Sequence record: NZ_CP070571.1
Source: a plasmid
Reading direction: 5' to 3' (one strand)
Length of the DNA: 64,000 nucleotides
In this document: positions 10,116 to 20,790 of the stretch, piece after piece
Numbering within the stretch: the stretch's first letter is position 1
Layout of the letters: every line of letters begins with the position of its first letter
Notes under the pieces: model-generated
Databases searched by the model: none
Told to the model about the DNA's origin: nothing
The model's input: only the letters and a program-made list of their open reading frames with translations
Position numbers and translations under genes: made by a program

Positions 10116-11700
10116 CGGCAGGCGATCTGGATTATCGTCACGCTGTTAAATATGTCGCGGTAGGGATACCCGTTACCGGATACCCCCCGCACAGATCCCG
10201 GCGTGCGCGATTTACGCACCGGGCTCCTGCCTCGGGTGTCTGGCGGTGAACCGCTCCACAGGCCATGGATGAAGAACCCGAACCCTTGGTAGCCATGCGG
10301 CTGCCAGTTTGTTTGCTTTCGTCCAGGTCGTATCATCCTTCTGGCTCCTGCGCCTGAGCGCCCGGCGCCAGAGGTTTGTTACGTGTGTCCTGAACTTCTG
10401 CATGGTGGGGAAGTTGCCCGGTACCGAGTGATAGTTCAGGTATCCCTGAACCACTCTCCTGAGCCATTTTCCCTGTTCGGGGATTGAGTAATGCCAGCGC
10501 CTTCGCAGACCGTCTTTGATGGCTTTCAGAGTTGCCGTCATCCGATCCCGGCGGGTCTTTCGTATCAGCATGAACCTGCCGTTGCGATCTTTCCCGCTGA
10601 TGTGCGTGAACCCGAGGAAGTTGAACGTTTCTGGTTTGCCTTTTCCCCTGATGGCACGGTTTTCGGCAGCGAAGCGGCCGAACTCCATCAGACGGGTTTT
10701 CTCCGGGTGAACCGTGAGTCCGAACTCCCTCAGTCTGCGCTGCATGGCTATACGGAAGCGCCGGGCATCGTATCGTTTGTCGAACCCGATGACGATGTCA
10801 TCGGCGTATCTGACCATTACCACATTGCCTGTGGCATAGCGACGTCGCCACTGATGCGCCCACAGATCGAAGACGTAGTGGAGGTATATGTTTGCCAGCA
10901 GCGGTGAGATGACCGCACCCTGTGGGGTGCCTTCCTCCGTTGCTCGCCATTGACCCTCCTCCAACGTCCCGGCTGTGAGCCACTTACGTATGAGCCTGAT
11001 TACGCTCCGGTCGCCGATCCGATGCTCTGTGAACCTGATCAGCCATTCGTGGCTCACCCTGTCGAAGAACTGACTGATGTCGGCATCCAGTACCCAGTTT
11101 ACGTTAGTGCGTACCAGCCCTGTGGCCAGTGCGTCCAGTGCATCGTGCTGGCTTCGCCCGGGTCTGAACCCGTATGAGAACCCCATAAAGTCGTTTTCAT
11201 AGACTGCGTTCAGGATTTTCACCAGCGCATACTGGACGATCTTGTCCTCCAGCGAGGCGATGCCGAGCGGGCGTTGTTTTCCATCCGCTTTTGGGATGTA
11301 GTGACGCCTGCCGGGCTGCGCCCTGTAGCTGCCCTAATGTAGCCTCCGGTGCAGATCTGTTATGTTGTTCTTCATGTTTCCGGCGTAGTCCATCCACCTG
11401 ATGCCATCCACTCCGGCGGCCGCTTTCCTGCTCAGGGAGAGGAATGCGGCTTCCAGTGCTTCGACTGTCAGCAGGTGGAACAATGCTGTAAACCGTTCTT
11501 TCTTCCGCTGCTTCGCAGCTTCCCGCACGCGTGACAGCCTCTGTGACATGCTTTCCCGGCTCTGTGTCCGGCGCATGTGTGGCTGTTCCGCGTTCCCCTT
11601 GGCCCCGCTCCTTCGCTCCACTGACTCCGCTCCTTTCGGGTTGTTCGCCTGCTTCGCCGCTACTATGAGCGAGTCCGACTTCTCCTCTCCGTACATCACC
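10116..11700 (-). mobile_element. group II intron remnant. The 3-prime part with a candidate domain V at 10157-10190 is possibly intact; the 5-prime domains I-III appear missing
   Basis: RT/maturase ORF. Minus-strand gcgg-ggggtatccg-GUAA-cgggtatccc-TA-ccgc has domain-V architecture (two helices, 2-nt bulge, GNRA loop). Only about 360 nt lie between the ORF start and the umuD promoter. Confidence 0.5.
10212..11699 (-). pseudogene. group II intron reverse transcriptase/maturase (retA-like) interrupted by an in-frame TAG at 11334-11336
   Basis: ORFs 11334-11699 and 10212-11222 are in the same frame. The sequence continues ...[38 protein letters not shown]. The RT domain has a YADD motif, and maturase/X domains are present. 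Confidence 0.8.
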
Positions 11701-12063
11701 GGCTATGACTCCTCGTCTTCCCGGTGCGGGCCGTCTCCGACACTGGCAGATGGTCAGAGGGGAGATCTCCCGGTTCCCGCGTAGAGATCGTATTGACATG
11801 CCAGGGTCTCAGACCCCGCCGGGTCCATGTGGCACTCGCAGTATCGCACCCTATGATGTTGCCTTCCGTTAACAGTACAACGTCGGCACCCGGTAATTTA
11901 ATATACATTTCGTGGCTCAATGGCTGGCCTGTCAACACCCCTGTCAACGCTTCGCCCCATACCTCGCGGTATGCAACGCATGACTCGGGGACCTTGTGGA
12001 TTGCTGGTCCTTCAATGGTCGGGGACTTTCACCCCTTGATCTCTACCGGTCTCCCGGTGAACA

Positions 12064-12079
12064 CTGTATGTATAACCAG
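12064..12079 (+). promoter_or_regulatory. LexA (SOS) box CTGTATGTATAACCAG upstream of umuD-like gene
   Basis: CTGT-N8-CCAG match to the SOS box consensus, 26 bp upstream of the ATG. Confidence 0.6.
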
Positions 12080-12104
12080 TAAAATTAGAGTGTCAGGAGG
12101 AAAG

Positions 12105-12536
12105 ATGAAACTACAACTTTTCAGCACCGGGAAAGAACTCCCGCCACAGGCCCATCCATTGTTTGCCGATCTGGCCAGCTGCGGTTTTCCCAGCCCTGCT
12201 GCTGACTATGTCGAGTCCGATCTGGATCTCCATGATTACTGCATACGGCATCCGAGCGCGACGTACTACCTGCGTGCCAGCGGAGACAGCATGGCCGACG
12301 GCAGTCTGTACAATGGCGATCTGCTGGTTGTGGACAGTGCTGAAAAGCCGCGGCACGGCGATATCGTTGTCGCCAGCATGCAGGGGGAGTTTACGGTGAA
12401 ACGGCTTCTGCTGACGCCGCGACTGACGCTGCAGCCCATGAATGCCTCCTGGTCGCCGATTTATCCTGATCCCGACGAGCTGGATATCTTTGGCGTCGTC
12501 ACGCATATCATCCACCGCCCGAGGGAGATGTACTGA
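12105..12536 (+). CDS. umuD: UmuD/MucA-like protein (LexA-type S24 self-cleaving peptidase), translesion synthesis accessory
   Basis: 143 aa with a Ser-Lys dyad context (SGDSMADG ... TVKRLL), stop overlapping the umuC start. Start taken at ATG 12105 with an SD. Confidence 0.85.
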   Translation: MKLQLFSTGKELPPQAHPLFADLASCGFPSPAADYVESDLDLHDYCIRHPSATYYLRASGDSMADGSLYNGDLLVVDSAEKPRHGDIVVASMQGEFTVKRLLLTPRLTLQPMNASWSPIYPDPDELDIFGVVTHIIHRPREMY

Positions 12537-13807
12537 TGTTTGCCCTGGCCGATGTGAACAGCTTCTATGCCAGCTGTGAACGTGTTTTCCGCCCGGATTT
12601 GAAAGGAAAGCCGATAGTCGTCCTGAGCAACAACGACGGGAATGTAATCGCTCGCAGTGCCGAGGCGAAGCCCTGGATCAAAATGGAAACTCCGTGGTTT
12701 CAGATAAAAAACGAAAGATACCCGGAAAAAATATATGCGTTTTCAAGTAACTATGAACTTTATGCCTCGATGTTGGCGCGCGTGATGAACAGCCTGGAGG
12801 AACTGGCCCCCAGAGTGGAACAGTATTCAATTGATGAGATGTTCCTCGATTTGACCGGCGTGGAGCACTGTATGGAGCTTGAGGACTTCGGCCGGCAGCT
12901 GCGTCAGCACGTGTATGACTGTACCCACCTGACCATTGGCGTGGGCGCCGGACCAACGAAGACCCTCGCAAAATCAGCCCAGTGGGCCTCAAAAGAGTGG
13001 AAACAGTTTCGTGGCGTACTTGCTCTGACCAGGGGAAATCCGCAGAGAACGCGGAAACTGCTTTCACTGCAGCCGGTTGAAGAAATCTGGGGGGTGGGTA
13101 ACCGTATTGCACGCAAGCTGAATGTACTGGGCATTAAGACCGCGCTCGATCTCGCCCTGACGAACCCGGCCTTCATCCGCAAAAATTTTTCTGTGGTCCT
13201 TGAGCGAACGGTACGGGAACTGAACGGGGAAAGCTGCCTTTCGCTTGAGGAAGCCCCTCCGACGAAACAGCAAATTGTCTGCAGCCGCAGTTTTGGCGTG
13301 AAGATCACGGAGTACGAGTCACTCCGTCAGGCTATCTGTCAGCACGCAGAGCGGGCCTCTGAAAAACTGCGTAAAGAGCACCAGTATTGCCGGCATATTT
13401 CCGTTTTCATCAAAACGTCTCCGTTCGCCATTAAAGAGCCTTACTACGGCAACGTGGCTACGGAAAAACTTCTTACACCCACTCAGGACACCAGGGACAT
13501 CATTGCAGCCGCTACAACGGCTCTGGAGCGTATCTGGAGGGATGGGCACCGGTATGCCAAAGCCGGAGTTATGCTGAATGACTTCACCGGCTCCGGCGTT
13601 TCGCAGCTGCAGCTGTTCGACGAACGCCCGCCACGCCCTTACAGTGCTGAGCTGATGAAGGTTCTGGACGGGATCAACAACTCAGGGCTGGGTAAAGTAT
13701 GGTTTGCGGGGCGGGGTATTGCCCCGGAATGGCAGATGAAACGGGAGATGCTTTCTCCTGCTTATACGACACGATGGTCAGATATTCCTTCAGCGAAACT
13801 GGCGTAA
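12536..13807 (+). CDS. umuC: UmuC/MucB-like Y-family DNA polymerase (Pol V catalytic subunit)
   Basis: 423 aa, [41 protein letters not shown]...[11 protein letters not shown]. Confidence 0.9.
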   Translation: MFALADVNSFYASCERVFRPDLKGKPIVVLSNNDGNVIARSAEAKPWIKMETPWFQIKNERYPEKIYAFSSNYELYASMLARVMNSLEELAPRVEQYSIDEMFLDLTGVEHCMELEDFGRQLRQHVYDCTHLTIGVGAGPTKTLAKSAQWASKEWKQFRGVLALTRGNPQRTRKLLSLQPVEEIWGVGNRIARKLNVLGIKTALDLALTNPAFIRKNFSVVLERTVRELNGESCLSLEEAPPTKQQIVCSRSFGVKITEYESLRQAICQHAERASEKLRKEHQYCRHISVFIKTSPFAIKEPYYGNVATEKLLTPTQDTRDIIAAATTALERIWRDGHRYAKAGVMLNDFTGSGVSQLQLFDERPPRPYSAELMKVLDGINNSGLGKVWFAGRGIAPEWQMKREMLSPAYTTRWSDIPSAKLA

Positions 13808-13812
13808 AACTT

Positions 13813-13880
13813 TGGCGATTTCACCTTGAAATTCTCAGCCTAAACTGCCTAATTACAATAAGTTAGATGTGAAATCGCCA
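13813..13880. promoter_or_regulatory. inverted repeats GGCGATTTCAC ... GTGAAATCGCC(ATGGCGAAAT), a possible parS-like centromere just downstream of parB
   Basis: Seen directly. Assigned by position after parB. Confidence 0.35.
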
Positions 13881-13888
13881 TGGCGAAA

Positions 13889-14866
13889 TTATTGACTCAA
13901 ATTTCTGTCAAGGACCTCGTTGATAGCCTTGTCCAGTTCATCCTGAATCACTTTTGACATACGGCTAAACTCATAAGTCAGCGTACGCCCTTTCACACGC
14001 TTACGCGCGAACTTGTCCTTTTCTTCAAAAGACCAGAGTGGGGAAACCACTGACTTTTCCTTGGGAGATGGATCTATCAATGCCTGAGATGCCTGAGAAA
14101 TCAGCTTCAGTATACTGGCTTTCTGTTCGTCTTCTGGTCGCTCGCCTTCACTCAAAATTGCATCGAGCTGAGCTGATACAGACTGAATGAGTTCTTCAGG
14201 CGTTAATCCCTTTTCACTGAGTTTTTCATTAACTTCTAAAAGAAGTTTATAGTCACTAAACGATAGCTCCGACTGAACCGGGAACAGAGAAATCAAGTCT
14301 TGCGGTACGGCCGCCGCCTGCAGCGCCCTGGTAACTTTAGCTTGAGATAACCCCTCCAGTTCAGCAATTTCCTTTTGATTAAATCCGGACTCTTTAAGAG
14401 CGATCAATCTCAGGCCAATCTCCCGAAGATTATGTTCTTTAGCTGTCTGGATATCTTTAGCCAGTTGGCGAGCTTCATCAGCTGATAAATGCTCTTCGGT
14501 AACCATTACATCAAGGCCTGTACGGACAAAAATTGCTGAGGCTCGCCGTCTTGAACCATCCAGTATCTCAATCCTTTCACTTTGCTTAATACCAATACAG
14601 GGAAAGAACTGCTGAAACTTAATCGTCTGGATAATGGATTTCAGGGATTCCCTGGTCAGTGCAAGTTGATCTCTTCCGTTGTTTTCCTGGTTTACGAAGG
14701 TCTTACTTTCAACTTCAGATGCAGGCACCCGAACAAACCTGAACGTTACCTTCCTGCCGGTTTTTAAGGTAAATACCTGGCTTCTACCGGTGTCCGTCAT
14801 TTCCGCAATTGACGCCTGGGTATTTAACTGTCTGCCGATGGTTTTTCTTTTCTCATTCGACATCAC
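13889..14866 (-). CDS. parB: ParB/SopB-like partition protein
   Basis: 325 aa. ILDGSRRRASAIF motif (ParB box) and HTH region. Stop overlaps the parA stop region. Confidence 0.8.
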   Translation of the reverse strand: MMSNEKRKTIGRQLNTQASIAEMTDTGRSQVFTLKTGRKVTFRFVRVPASEVESKTFVNQENNGRDQLALTRESLKSIIQTIKFQQFFPCIGIKQSERIEILDGSRRRASAIFVRTGLDVMVTEEHLSADEARQLAKDIQTAKEHNLREIGLRLIALKESGFNQKEIAELEGLSQAKVTRALQAAAVPQDLISLFPVQSELSFSDYKLLLEVNEKLSEKGLTPEELIQSVSAQLDAILSEGERPEDEQKASILKLISQASQALIDPSPKEKSVVSPLWSFEEKDKFARKRVKGRTLTYEFSRMSKVIQDELDKAINEVLDRNLSQ

Positions 14867-16068
14867 ATACCTCCGTTAGTACGAATGAACTCGATGCGAT
14901 CAAAGACTGCCTTCGCAAAGTCTTCCGCTGCTGATTTTGCGCTTTTTAGTGCCTCTGTACTTCCATCATAGGTTGCTGGATTTGCTGAAATAACTGTGTC
15001 AAAAGTCTCCCCACAACGTTCGAAACCATCCAGTCTTGGCAGAACCATGTCTAGCATATCGGCACCGAAAACCTCTTTGGCCTGACTATGGCAAATTTTG
15101 TGATCAGACTTGTTCAGGATCTTGGACATGAAGCCGACATTACCGATGAGATTGCAGGTGTGCCCATCCATTTCGATGGAATCTATGAGGGCAGGGAGGC
15201 TGGCCACAAACTTCAGGGAAGAATGAAAATCAACCGTCGCCGGTGGAAGAGGGGTCAACATCAGGTCTGCCGCCCCAATGCAGTTTTTCAGGAACGCATC
15301 AAGGTGAGGACCACTATCAAGGAAAATAAAGTCGTAGTCATGCTGGAGCTTGTCGATAATGTTCTCTTTAAGCACCGCATGAATATTTTTCCCTGGCAGA
15401 TGTTCTTCACACAATCCCTTCCAGCCTTCAGCAAGGAATGCATCGTCAATGGAAGCGGGGATTACATCAACACCAGGGATAATAGACGGTACTATAAAAT
15501 CGGAAAGTAATTCTTCACGAGACACGTTCTGGAGCATGGCCTGAGCAGCCGTATTTTCAACCAAGCCCACTGAATTCTCATGGCTCAGGAACATTGTCAG
15601 AGATGCCTGCGGATCGAAATCGATGGCCAGAATACGCAGGTCTTCGAACAGAAGCTGAGGATGAGCTCGAAAAGCATGTGATAATGAAGCGGTAGAAACT
15701 GTCTTGGAACCACCACCTTTAAGATTACATACAAAAATCGTAAAGGCTTTATCGAAGCGATCCCTGTACTTCGGTACTTTACGATGGTTATACAGATCGA
15801 TGACATTCTGAATCGTCATCGCGTATTTCATCGTATTACCAGAAGGTTTCTTTTTAAAAATGTAGCCACCGGCTTCCATTTCGGACACAGCATACTCAAC
15901 ACTGCCTTTACTGAGCTTAGGCAGCTTATACAGAGCGGCTTTGCTGTATTCCTGATAGAACTCGGTAAGCTTCAATTCCTCTTTTTGCTGTCGGATACTT
16001 TCGCTCAAAGATGTCAGAAGCTTACCTGCACGTGTAGCGACTTTCCGTAACTGCTCAATATTGTCCAT
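14863..16068 (-). CDS. parA: ParA/SopA-like type Ia partition ATPase
   Basis: 401 aa with N-terminal extension. Deviant Walker A CNLKGGGSKTVST. Confidence 0.8.
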   Translation of the reverse strand: MDNIEQLRKVATRAGKLLTSLSESIRQQKEELKLTEFYQEYSKAALYKLPKLSKGSVEYAVSEMEAGGYIFKKKPSGNTMKYAMTIQNVIDLYNHRKVPKYRDRFDKAFTIFVCNLKGGGSKTVSTASLSHAFRAHPQLLFEDLRILAIDFDPQASLTMFLSHENSVGLVENTAAQAMLQNVSREELLSDFIVPSIIPGVDVIPASIDDAFLAEGWKGLCEEHLPGKNIHAVLKENIIDKLQHDYDFIFLDSGPHLDAFLKNCIGAADLMLTPLPPATVDFHSSLKFVASLPALIDSIEMDGHTCNLIGNVGFMSKILNKSDHKICHSQAKEVFGADMLDMVLPRLDGFERCGETFDTVISANPATYDGSTEALKSAKSAAEDFAKAVFDRIEFIRTNGGM

Positions 16069-16461
16069 TTATCACCTCATGACGTTTTTTGTCATTTTGA
16101 ACAAAAAGTGTCATGTTGCAAGAAAAAAATCATATTGTTTTGATTTCGCTCTCAACAGAAGGGGGATGAAGCTCGACGGGCGTGCTACTAAATCACACTG
16201 CAGCAACACGCAGACGCACTTTTGACCATCAACAGCAACTCATACAAAAGGGCTTTGAGAAAGGTATTCAACTTGCAAGACAGGAGAGTCATTCAGAAGG
16301 ATTCTGATTTTAGTTACGACCAGTGCAATGCTGAGCCTTATGTATCAGCGCTCGCCGCAGCCATGTAACCGAGCGTAGCGAGCGAACTGGCGAGGAAGCG
16401 AAGAGGAACCGTTCCGGCAGATAGCTCTTACGCTCAGCACAAGAAGAGTTTTCCATCCTCT

Positions 16462-16880
16462 GTGGGAAACAGGTCAACTTTAATGGACGCTCCGGACTAT
16501 GGGAAACAGGTCAACTTCGCGGACGGCCCGGACTATGGGAAACAGGTCAACTTCACGGGCGGCCGGGAGTGTGGGGAACAGGTCAACTTCGCGGACGGCC
16601 CGGATTATGGGAAACAGGTCAACTTCGCGGGCGGCCGGGACTGTGGGAAACAGGTCAACTTTGCAGACGGCCCGGACTGTGGGAAACAGGTCAACTTCGC
16701 GGGCGGCCGGGAGTGTGGGGAACAGGTCAACTTCGCGGACGGCCCGGACTAAGGGAAACAGGTCAGCTTCTCGGACGGCCCGGACTATGGGAAACAGGTC
16801 AACTTCTCGGACGGTCGGGAGTGTGGGAAACAGGTCAAGTTAGGCAAGCACTATGGGAAACACAGCAAGTTCAGTATCCC
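16462..16880. repeat. about 11 tandem 37-bp iterons (TGGGAAACAGGTCAACTTCGCGGACGGCCCGGACTAT), origin of the Rep_3 replicon
   Basis: Seen directly, immediately downstream of repA. Unit sequence differs from the 8166-8996 array. Confidence 0.85.
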
Positions 16881-16928
16881 CCCATATGTCAGCAACAAAC
16901 TAAGGGGGGAGGAAATAAAAATTACAGA

Positions 16929-17795
16929 CTATTGTTTTTTATCAAGAAAATTAAACAGCAAGCGACCATCTTCTTCAGTGGTATATGTTACCTTTAATGG
17001 CGTCTTCTCATTAATTTTCTTCAGAGCAGGTTCCAGGAAGGTACGCTTCATTTCAGCAATATTGTTTTTCTGCGAGGCAGGGAGCATAAACCTTTCACAT
17101 AACCAGTCATGTGTGGTGATCCAGACACCAGTGCTCCGGAACTGACACAGGCTTTCATAAAGCCGGATGACACGAACACTATTAAGCTGGCCACAGTCAT
17201 AGAGAGAATAGGTAGTGAACTGGGAGGTTAAGCCGACCAGGAATGGCATGACCTTGTAGTTAAATTCAATCTGCCAGGAACCCCGGCCTCGCTTCATTCC
17301 TGCTTCAGCCAGCCACGGACGTTTAACTTCTTCAAACTCACCTTCTTTTGGATAAAAGGTAACCGTTGATTCGCCCAGAGCATTTACCCCAGCCTTCACA
17401 TCACGACTGGCGACAGACGTAGCGACATTGAAGTATTTGACGTAATCGGAAACGCTGATTTTGAAGAGCGGCAATACGTCAGAGTCATCTTCCTGGCTGT
17501 CATTAAAATAGGCCTGCATGAGGCATAACCACAGCACACGTTTTGCCTGAAGAGGCAGGTAATATGCAGCTTCGGTCAATTCGTTAGATTGCTTTATACT
17601 GGCGCGTTTTTTAAACGTTTTAGTAGCTGGCAAGAGTGCTTGAGTATCCATTTCAATGCCTATGGGTAAATTTTTACCCACCCATAATGACAGTGAAAAC
17701 AGAAATTGCAAGCTATCGCGATACTTATCCACCGGAAAAATCTGCACTTTATCCACAAGTGGATAATTGAGAACTGAACTTGACCTCTTTCCCAT
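16929..17795 (-). CDS. Rep_3-family replication initiator (IncR repB-like by synteny)
   Basis: 288 aa. Lies between iterons and an autoregulatory repeat region. Synteny repA-iterons-parA-parB-umuCD-retA and resD-vagCD resembles IncR plasmids (recall). Confidence 0.75.
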   Translation of the reverse strand: MGKRSSSVLNYPLVDKVQIFPVDKYRDSLQFLFSLSLWVGKNLPIGIEMDTQALLPATKTFKKRASIKQSNELTEAAYYLPLQAKRVLWLCLMQAYFNDSQEDDSDVLPLFKISVSDYVKYFNVATSVASRDVKAGVNALGESTVTFYPKEGEFEEVKRPWLAEAGMKRGRGSWQIEFNYKVMPFLVGLTSQFTTYSLYDCGQLNSVRVIRLYESLCQFRSTGVWITTHDWLCERFMLPASQKNNIAEMKRTFLEPALKKINEKTPLKVTYTTEEDGRLLFNFLDKKQ

Positions 17796-17850
17796 AGCTT
17801 GTTGATGCGTATCCCATAGCTTGTTGACACAAAACCCACTGATACGTGAT
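17796..17850. promoter_or_regulatory. repA promoter/operator with direct repeats ATCCCATAGCTTGTTGA x2
   Basis: Two copies immediately upstream of the repA start. Confidence 0.4.
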
Positions 17851-18557
17851 TAATTTCCCATATTATGTTTACCAGTTGCCCATACAGGCCCCCTCTCAGG
17901 CCGCACTGTACGCGGCTTTCAGGCTCCCTAAAAGATGTAAAATAAAGAAAAAGAATAAAAAAGTACTTTATAAAAATATGCCCGTGGATAAGTGGATAAC
18001 CCCGAGGGGAGGTGATTTTTCAGGCATTGAGCGTAAGCAGAATTTATAAGTTTTGTTCCCTGGTGCTTCCTCGCTCACTCGGGGCTTCGCCCTGTCGCTC
18101 GACTGCGGCGAGCACTGCTGGCTCGATCATATCCGTGGCCGGAAGATACTACTCCTCCCCCGAGTCGCTCTCCAGAGCCGGCTACAGCGAGACAACCCGC
18201 ACGAAGATTTCTATCGTCCCTGCAGACATATTCGAATCGTTTTTATTAACCCTGGCTTCCGTCGTGACAGAACACTACGTCCTGTAAAAGGGGGACTAAG
18301 GCCCCTGAATCACACACCTGAATAATGCGGAGTTTTACGATAATGTCATTGCTGGAAACTTTCCTGACCGCTTCTCAGGGGGCAACAATCCTGTTCCTTG
18401 CCATGCTGATCTACTGGCAAAAGCGATAAATCCAAGCGGGCTGGCCTTTGGCCAGCTTCGCTGTATAAGGGGAAAAATGCGGCATATCCAGACATTTCAC
18501 TAGGCAATTTGAATTCAGATATCTATGCTTGGGATCCGGTCAACAGGAGGTAACAAG

Positions 18558-18815
18558 ATGAAACTTGAAACTATACAGATAGATAATACCGTAAGGAGTG
18601 GTCTTAATTCTTTCACTGACGGGGTGATTATTCGTGATACAAAGGTATTGATCACGCTCAATCTCCCGGATGGACAGAAAACCACTATTGAGGGGGAATG
18701 GCGGCATATGTCGGACGCCAACAGGTTGTCAGAACGTATTACGATGCTTCAGCATGCGATCTATGAGCAGTATGAGGAATACAGAGCAGATATTCCCGTC
18801 AGCTGGTCCAGATAA
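18558..18815 (+). CDS. hypothetical protein (MKLETIQIDNTVRSG...)
   Basis: ORF 18525-18815 with GGAGG 6 nt upstream of the ATG at 18558. No recognisable domain. Confidence 0.4.
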   Translation: MKLETIQIDNTVRSGLNSFTDGVIIRDTKVLITLNLPDGQKTTIEGEWRHMSDANRLSERITMLQHAIYEQYEEYRADIPVSWSR

Positions 18816-18872
18816 CGTCTGACAGACCTCCCCGGCGAGCAGGACGTTCGCCAGCATCATTCTCCTAAGTAC

Positions 18873-19649
18873 TTAAATATTCCCTTTCAGCATGGCTACC
18901 GCATCCGCTTCGGGCATCTGAAACTGAACTCGATGCCGCGCAGCAACATCAAGTGCGAACACCTTCGTATAGACTTCCGTCGAGCTAATCGATTTGTGGC
19001 CCATCAGGCTCTGCAAAACCTTCAGTGGTATGCCGGCATACAGCATATGCATCGCGTAGGAGTGGCGGAACGTATGCGGGGTGACCGGCACCGAGAATGT
19101 CACCCCGTCGACGGCGGCCGCTTCAACCGCTTCGCCAATCCAGGTCCGTACTGTCCGGTCGGTGATGTCCCAGATGCGGGCTTTCTCTGTTCTGCCGGTA
19201 CGCTTGTTGCGTCTTTCCAGCGGAATTTTCAGGGTGGCCACCATCATCTGCAGCTGGCTGACGTAGTGGTGATCGGAAAGCGGAACCAGACGATGAGCCT
19301 GGCTACCGGCGGGAGCTCGGCCGGCTGTCCTGGCCGCTTTTTCGGTGCGCTGCTTAAGCGTGGCCAGCTGCACGAACGGATACGGTGGCACCAGCGAAAA
19401 ATCCCCCCGGGTCAGCGCCAGCGCCTCGTTGATACGTGCGCCGGTGTTCCAGAGGGTTGCCAGCAGCATCTTGCGGTGCAAATCGGGCACATAATGGAGC
19501 AGGGCGCTGACTTCCGGTGCCAGCAGGTATTTCGGTAGTTCATCTTGAACGAGCGCCATCTGGCGCAGGGCCAGCGCGGCGGGATAGTCAATGGCCACCG
19601 GCATTTGCGCCGGCTGCTGCGGGTGAGAATATGATAAGAGGCCGCTCAT
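18873..19649 (-). CDS. resD: tyrosine site-specific recombinase (ResD/XerD-like multimer resolution)
   Basis: 258 aa. C-terminal HTFRHSYAMHMLYAGIPLKVLQSLMGHKSISSTEVYTKV (R..H..R..Y catalytic residues). Confidence 0.8.
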   Translation of the reverse strand: MSGLLSYSHPQQPAQMPVAIDYPAALALRQMALVQDELPKYLLAPEVSALLHYVPDLHRKMLLATLWNTGARINEALALTRGDFSLVPPYPFVQLATLKQRTEKAARTAGRAPAGSQAHRLVPLSDHHYVSQLQMMVATLKIPLERRNKRTGRTEKARIWDITDRTVRTWIGEAVEAAAVDGVTFSVPVTPHTFRHSYAMHMLYAGIPLKVLQSLMGHKSISSTEVYTKVFALDVAARHRVQFQMPEADAVAMLKGNI

Positions 19650-20389
19650 TGGTTTGACATTCCATCAGGTATCACTAATTGATTCCACTCCCTGTTGCGG
19701 GTAGCTTCAGCAGCGCGCAGGGCTCTTTCGCGCCTCCAGACTTTACGAAACACGGAAACTGCAGACCATTCATCATGACCTGTAAGACGTGTTTCGGGCA
19801 TCCCGGTTGCCTTGCGCAGACGGACGGCAAGAATGACAGCGTTGATGCCCAAGCGCGTGAACTGATACTGCCGTTCCCTGAAATAGTCCTTATGCCAAGG
19901 AGGGTCGGAGTATTCGGCGGCATATGCAATTGCCCTGTGGGCCTCATCCTGGAGCACCGGCAGTTCACGGATGCGATACATAAGACGTGGCTCTAAAGTC
20001 CGCCAGTCACCGGAGACATCGATCAGATTCAGTTCAGGGTAATTCGTGACAGCTTTTCTCTCAGGCTGGGGGGCATCATCATCCTGGCCGTCATCCGTCA
20101 CAACCCGGAAACAACCCTCAGCATACCGTTCAAGCATGAATACCAACTCGGTGGCAATGTAATGCAGTTCCTTTTTCATTTTATCTTCTGACGCCTGTCT
20201 CTCACGCTTAAGCGTGAAATAATGTGTCAGCCAGATGCCAGTGAGTGTTATACCCCCAGTAAGCAGGCCAGTGATAAGCCCGGTTGCCACGTTTCCCCAG
20301 ATCCCCGCCCCTTGATTAATCAGCTGTACGGAAACCGGATGGGATGTCGCAGCAACTATACTCTCAGTTGCGGCCTGTATATCAGTCAT
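19646..20389 (-). CDS. hypothetical membrane protein (2 N-terminal TM helices plus a cytoplasmic domain), stop overlaps the resD start
   Basis: 247-aa ORF with a 4-bp overlap with resD. Hydrophobic segments GIWGNVATGLITGLLTGGITLTGIWL. Confidence 0.55.
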   Translation of the reverse strand: MTDIQAATESIVAATSHPVSVQLINQGAGIWGNVATGLITGLLTGGITLTGIWLTHYFTLKRERQASEDKMKKELHYIATELVFMLERYAEGCFRVVTDDGQDDDAPQPERKAVTNYPELNLIDVSGDWRTLEPRLMYRIRELPVLQDEAHRAIAYAAEYSDPPWHKDYFRERQYQFTRLGINAVILAVRLRKATGMPETRLTGHDEWSAVSVFRKVWRRERALRAAEATRNREWNQLVIPDGMSNQ

Positions 20390-20439
20390 TGATCATTTAC
20401 CCCTTTATATTCCTGAGAAATCCCGCCCTCTGTCCGTAG

Positions 20440-20790
20440 TCAGCGGCCGGCAGCCAGCTCTTCAGCCAGTTTCACAAACCTTTTGTGCTCAGTCTGCAGG
20501 TAATGGCTGTAAATCCGGGCATCACGTTCTGTCAGTCCGGATGGATTGCCGGTGAAGTAACGTTGCAGCACCGCAATACAGTGATTGTAGGTATCGAGAT
20601 CATATTCCCAGTTTCCCAGCTCACCGGCCGCATCCAGTTCCTGGCGAAACTGCTCGTATTTACGGAGCAGAATGCCAAGACCTAATTCTGTTGCAGCATA
20701 AAGATTATTTTCTCCTGGCGCGGAAATCGCATTACGGATTTTTTCAAAAGCATAACTGAAATCATTTCTCTCATTGAATGCAGTAAACAT
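20440..20790 (-). CDS. hypothetical protein, 116 aa
   Basis: ORF 50 bp upstream of the membrane-protein gene on the same strand. Confidence 0.5.
   Translation of the reverse strand: MFTAFNERNDFSYAFEKIRNAISAPGENNLYAATELGLGILLRKYEQFRQELDAAGELGNWEYDLDTYNHCIAVLQRYFTGNPSGLTERDARIYSHYLQTEHKRFVKLAEELAAGR

Noticed and set aside
16462-16997. ORFs 16462-16752, 16499-16843 and 16569-16997 with repetitive translations
   Set aside because: Same artefact, within the iterons of the intact Rep_3 origin.
18343-18429. 28-codon hydrophobic ORF MSLLETFLTASQGATILFLAMLIYWQKR
   Set aside because: Short, with weak RBS context and no terminator. Could be a leader peptide, but evidence is insufficient.
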